From positions 72,418,001 through 72,482,000 of the forward strand of contig CM059432.1 in the NCBI GenBank assembly GCA_030390025.1: a stretch of DNA of 64,000 nucleotides. The letters run 5' to 3'. The notes under the pieces were generated by a model that did not search any database, had not been told where the DNA came from, and saw nothing but the letters and a program-made list of their open reading frames with translations. The DNA comes from Squalus acanthias. Lineage: Eukaryota. A program made the position numbers and the translations under genes. How positions within the stretch are numbered: position 1 is the first letter of the stretch; each line of letters begins with the position of its first letter. Shown here one piece after another: positions 61,504 through 64,000 of this stretch.

Positions 61504-64000
61504 ACCAGAAGTGCTGACGGACTAGTTGACTATGTGGTGGGGGCTTTACCACCAAGTCAATTTCTGACAACAATTGACAACGACCTTCCAATACTAGAAG
61601 TAGACAATGACAACTAAGTTGCCCGAGCAAATATTTTACAGTATGTGCTCCCTACTAAAGTTTGCTGCATATATACTGCGCTGTACTATACAGTGTCTCA
61701 TGTACTTCATATTAAGGGCAATTTTACTAGTCCATACTGATGGCAGGATCCTCGTCCACCAGCAGCACGTATCAGAAATTTGGTCAGAAAATCATGGAAA
61801 GGCCACAACTGAATTTCCAATATTCACTGACAGCAGCACGGACTTGTAAAATGACCCCTATTGTGCTGCATTTGGTTAGATGGAGTCTAACAACAGGAGC
61901 AACATTCAAGTTTGACCAAGGCGGCCAAGATTGACATCAGGAATGTTCGAGAGTGGGGGAAGGGGAAAGGCTCAAGTTATAAATTACAACCGGATCATCA
62001 TCCACCAAAAACAGGCACACTGCTTTGGATAATGTGCTTTACTGCGACTTGGACAACTCACCTCTATTTAAAAATTAATGGCAACTTTAACTGGATAAGA
62101 ATATCACCATAATCAAATTATTTCTACATGAGAGATGCACCAATTGTTTCTATCCAAGTAACATCAAGAAACACATTCCAGTTATTAACAAAAAGTTAAC
62201 AGACTTTTTCATTCTCTGCATTTTTGTTACATCTCAGCACTTCACAACGGGAGGAAATCAGCAACAGGAAAGAATAACACAGTTTGCTGAAAATTATTGA
62301 AAAGGATTAGCTTTCCTCACCAGTTTATGCACTTTACCTTTTTTGCAATGACTTACATCATGAGGAAAATATACTCCTTGATGTGTAATAGCAGCAAATA
62401 TTCCTGGCGGTGCTAATGAAGAAGCTGGCTGCGCCTATGTCTATGTCCCTGTTACATTTTGTAATTAGTAGTTCTCTGATGCACCAATTTGCTGAGAGGT
62501 AATGACTGCACCTAGGGCCCCTCTGAGCATCTTCCCTCAATAACCCATTTTCAGACAGAGAAAAAATGTTTTGTTCGGGGAATATCCAGATGCTCGGTAA
62601 TGCTGGTCATATCATCTGATTGCCAATTTTACTATAACCTTCTAAGACTCTTCCAAACTCTCAATTGTCAGTATATACCTATAATTTGAAAGTGGAGCTT
62701 GGTCTGGTGGCTGCCTGCTTACTGAACACTATCTGTATTTTGATCTGTTTCTTCCCTTTTTAACCTTGTTTTTATCTTGGGCTTCTCTCTTAAAGACAAC
62801 AGATATTGCAGTCCAAAGCTCTGATTCACACCCAGAGACAAATCAAAATTCCAGGCTAACAGCAGCACAATCAAGCAAATCATACAAAGGTTAACATACC
62901 TTCGAGGGTACTGAAGCTTTCACTGGATTACCCAGCACTAGTCAAATGGAGGAAGAAGGTCCCCGTAGGGGATTTGTTATGTTTATGATATTTTTCCACC
63001 CTTTTTATCCAAGATACTTCAGCTTCTGTATTTTAGATTACTCTCAGAAATGAGTTCTCAGCTCCTCATTGCAATGAGAGTACCTTCACTGGCTCTGATA
63101 ATGGAATACATTTCTGGTTAAGTAACCAGGACAATGAACAGAAAATCTTCATTTAAATTACTTTAACTATTGGATTTATCGTGTGCCTCCACAGGACCTC
63201 TCTCACATCTTCAAAAAGCAATAAAGCATCATAACATTAGATCTCAATTCAGACTTTAATCGAGTGAGTTTATTGAAATAAAGTTGAACATTACAGTACT
63301 ATAATACGTAGATATATATAAAATATATAATAACCAGATTCTCAATAGGAAAACAATAAATGGTCGCAATTTATATATGAAGCTACTATTTTGTAATTAA
63401 CCTTTTTTTTTTTAATACACAGTATTCTTGTCTTCTAGTAGTCGTTCTAACTGCAGGAGCTAAACAAGTTTACCAAGTCTTTTTCTGAAGGTTTCAACCA
63501 ACTTTACTCAACTCAACGCAACACAACAACATCAAATCCATAAAAATCCTGGACCTTCCTGGTTTTGAATAACTATCAGCTACATTCAAGAGTAACTGCC
63601 AAATATACAAAAAACTAAGCAAATCATGCTGTAAGAAAGACTTCAATTTATATGTGGTTGTACACATTTGGTTAAATGTAGCTTGGCTACTCCTTTAGAA
63701 AGGCCCAAAAAGCATCTCAACCCATTAACAGCCCTTGACAAAAGTGAAGGGAAAGGGAGCCAAAAAATGACAAGAAAAAATGAAGGGAAAAGAAACCCAA
63801 AGTAGGTCGACAAGCAAGTGACAGTGCAGCCCAGATCCCAATGCCTATTTGATGACCACTGAGGTGGAGCTGGTATTGTATGAGATGATTGCAAGGAGGG
63901 TGGCCCTGTTTGCCACTCCATGACACCATCCCCATAGGTCAGCATTGTAGTATGTCTGAAAGAAAGTAGAAGCAGATTGGAGGTCACAGCTGCTCAGTAT

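Noticed and set aside
1..64000. Host transcription direction from LINE strand bias
   Set aside because: Minus-strand copies are in modest excess, but there are too few, and many are nested, to draw a conclusion.

Overview
Repeat-dense eukaryotic DNA, most likely from a shark or other cartilaginous fish. This is inferred from HER1-like CR1 LINEs with 8-bp tandem tails, Deu-type tRNA-derived SINEs and Penelope elements. I found no convincing host exon, so the window is probably intronic or intergenic. It is dominated by nested transposable elements. (i) One near-full-length CR1 LINE (+, about 20090-37514) is cut into pieces by later insertions. (ii) Two PIF/Harbinger elements carry a spliced Myb/SANT-like plus coiled-coil gene (+) and a convergent HARBI1-type DDE transposase (-); there are also deletion derivatives and many GC-rich MITEs with 3-bp TSDs. 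(iii) Three Penelope-like elements (two retain RT and GIY-YIG, one only the GIY-YIG end) each carry a minimal type I hammerhead ribozyme. (iv) A second LINE family has a longest copy that starts with a tRNA-like Pol III head and has no ORF1. (v) hAT elements with 8-bp TSDs, a Tigger-like MITE, SINEs and microsatellites are also present. Every recognisable coding region is TE-derived and disrupted or truncated. Family names come from motif recognition by eye, not database searches, and boundaries without a TSD are approximate.
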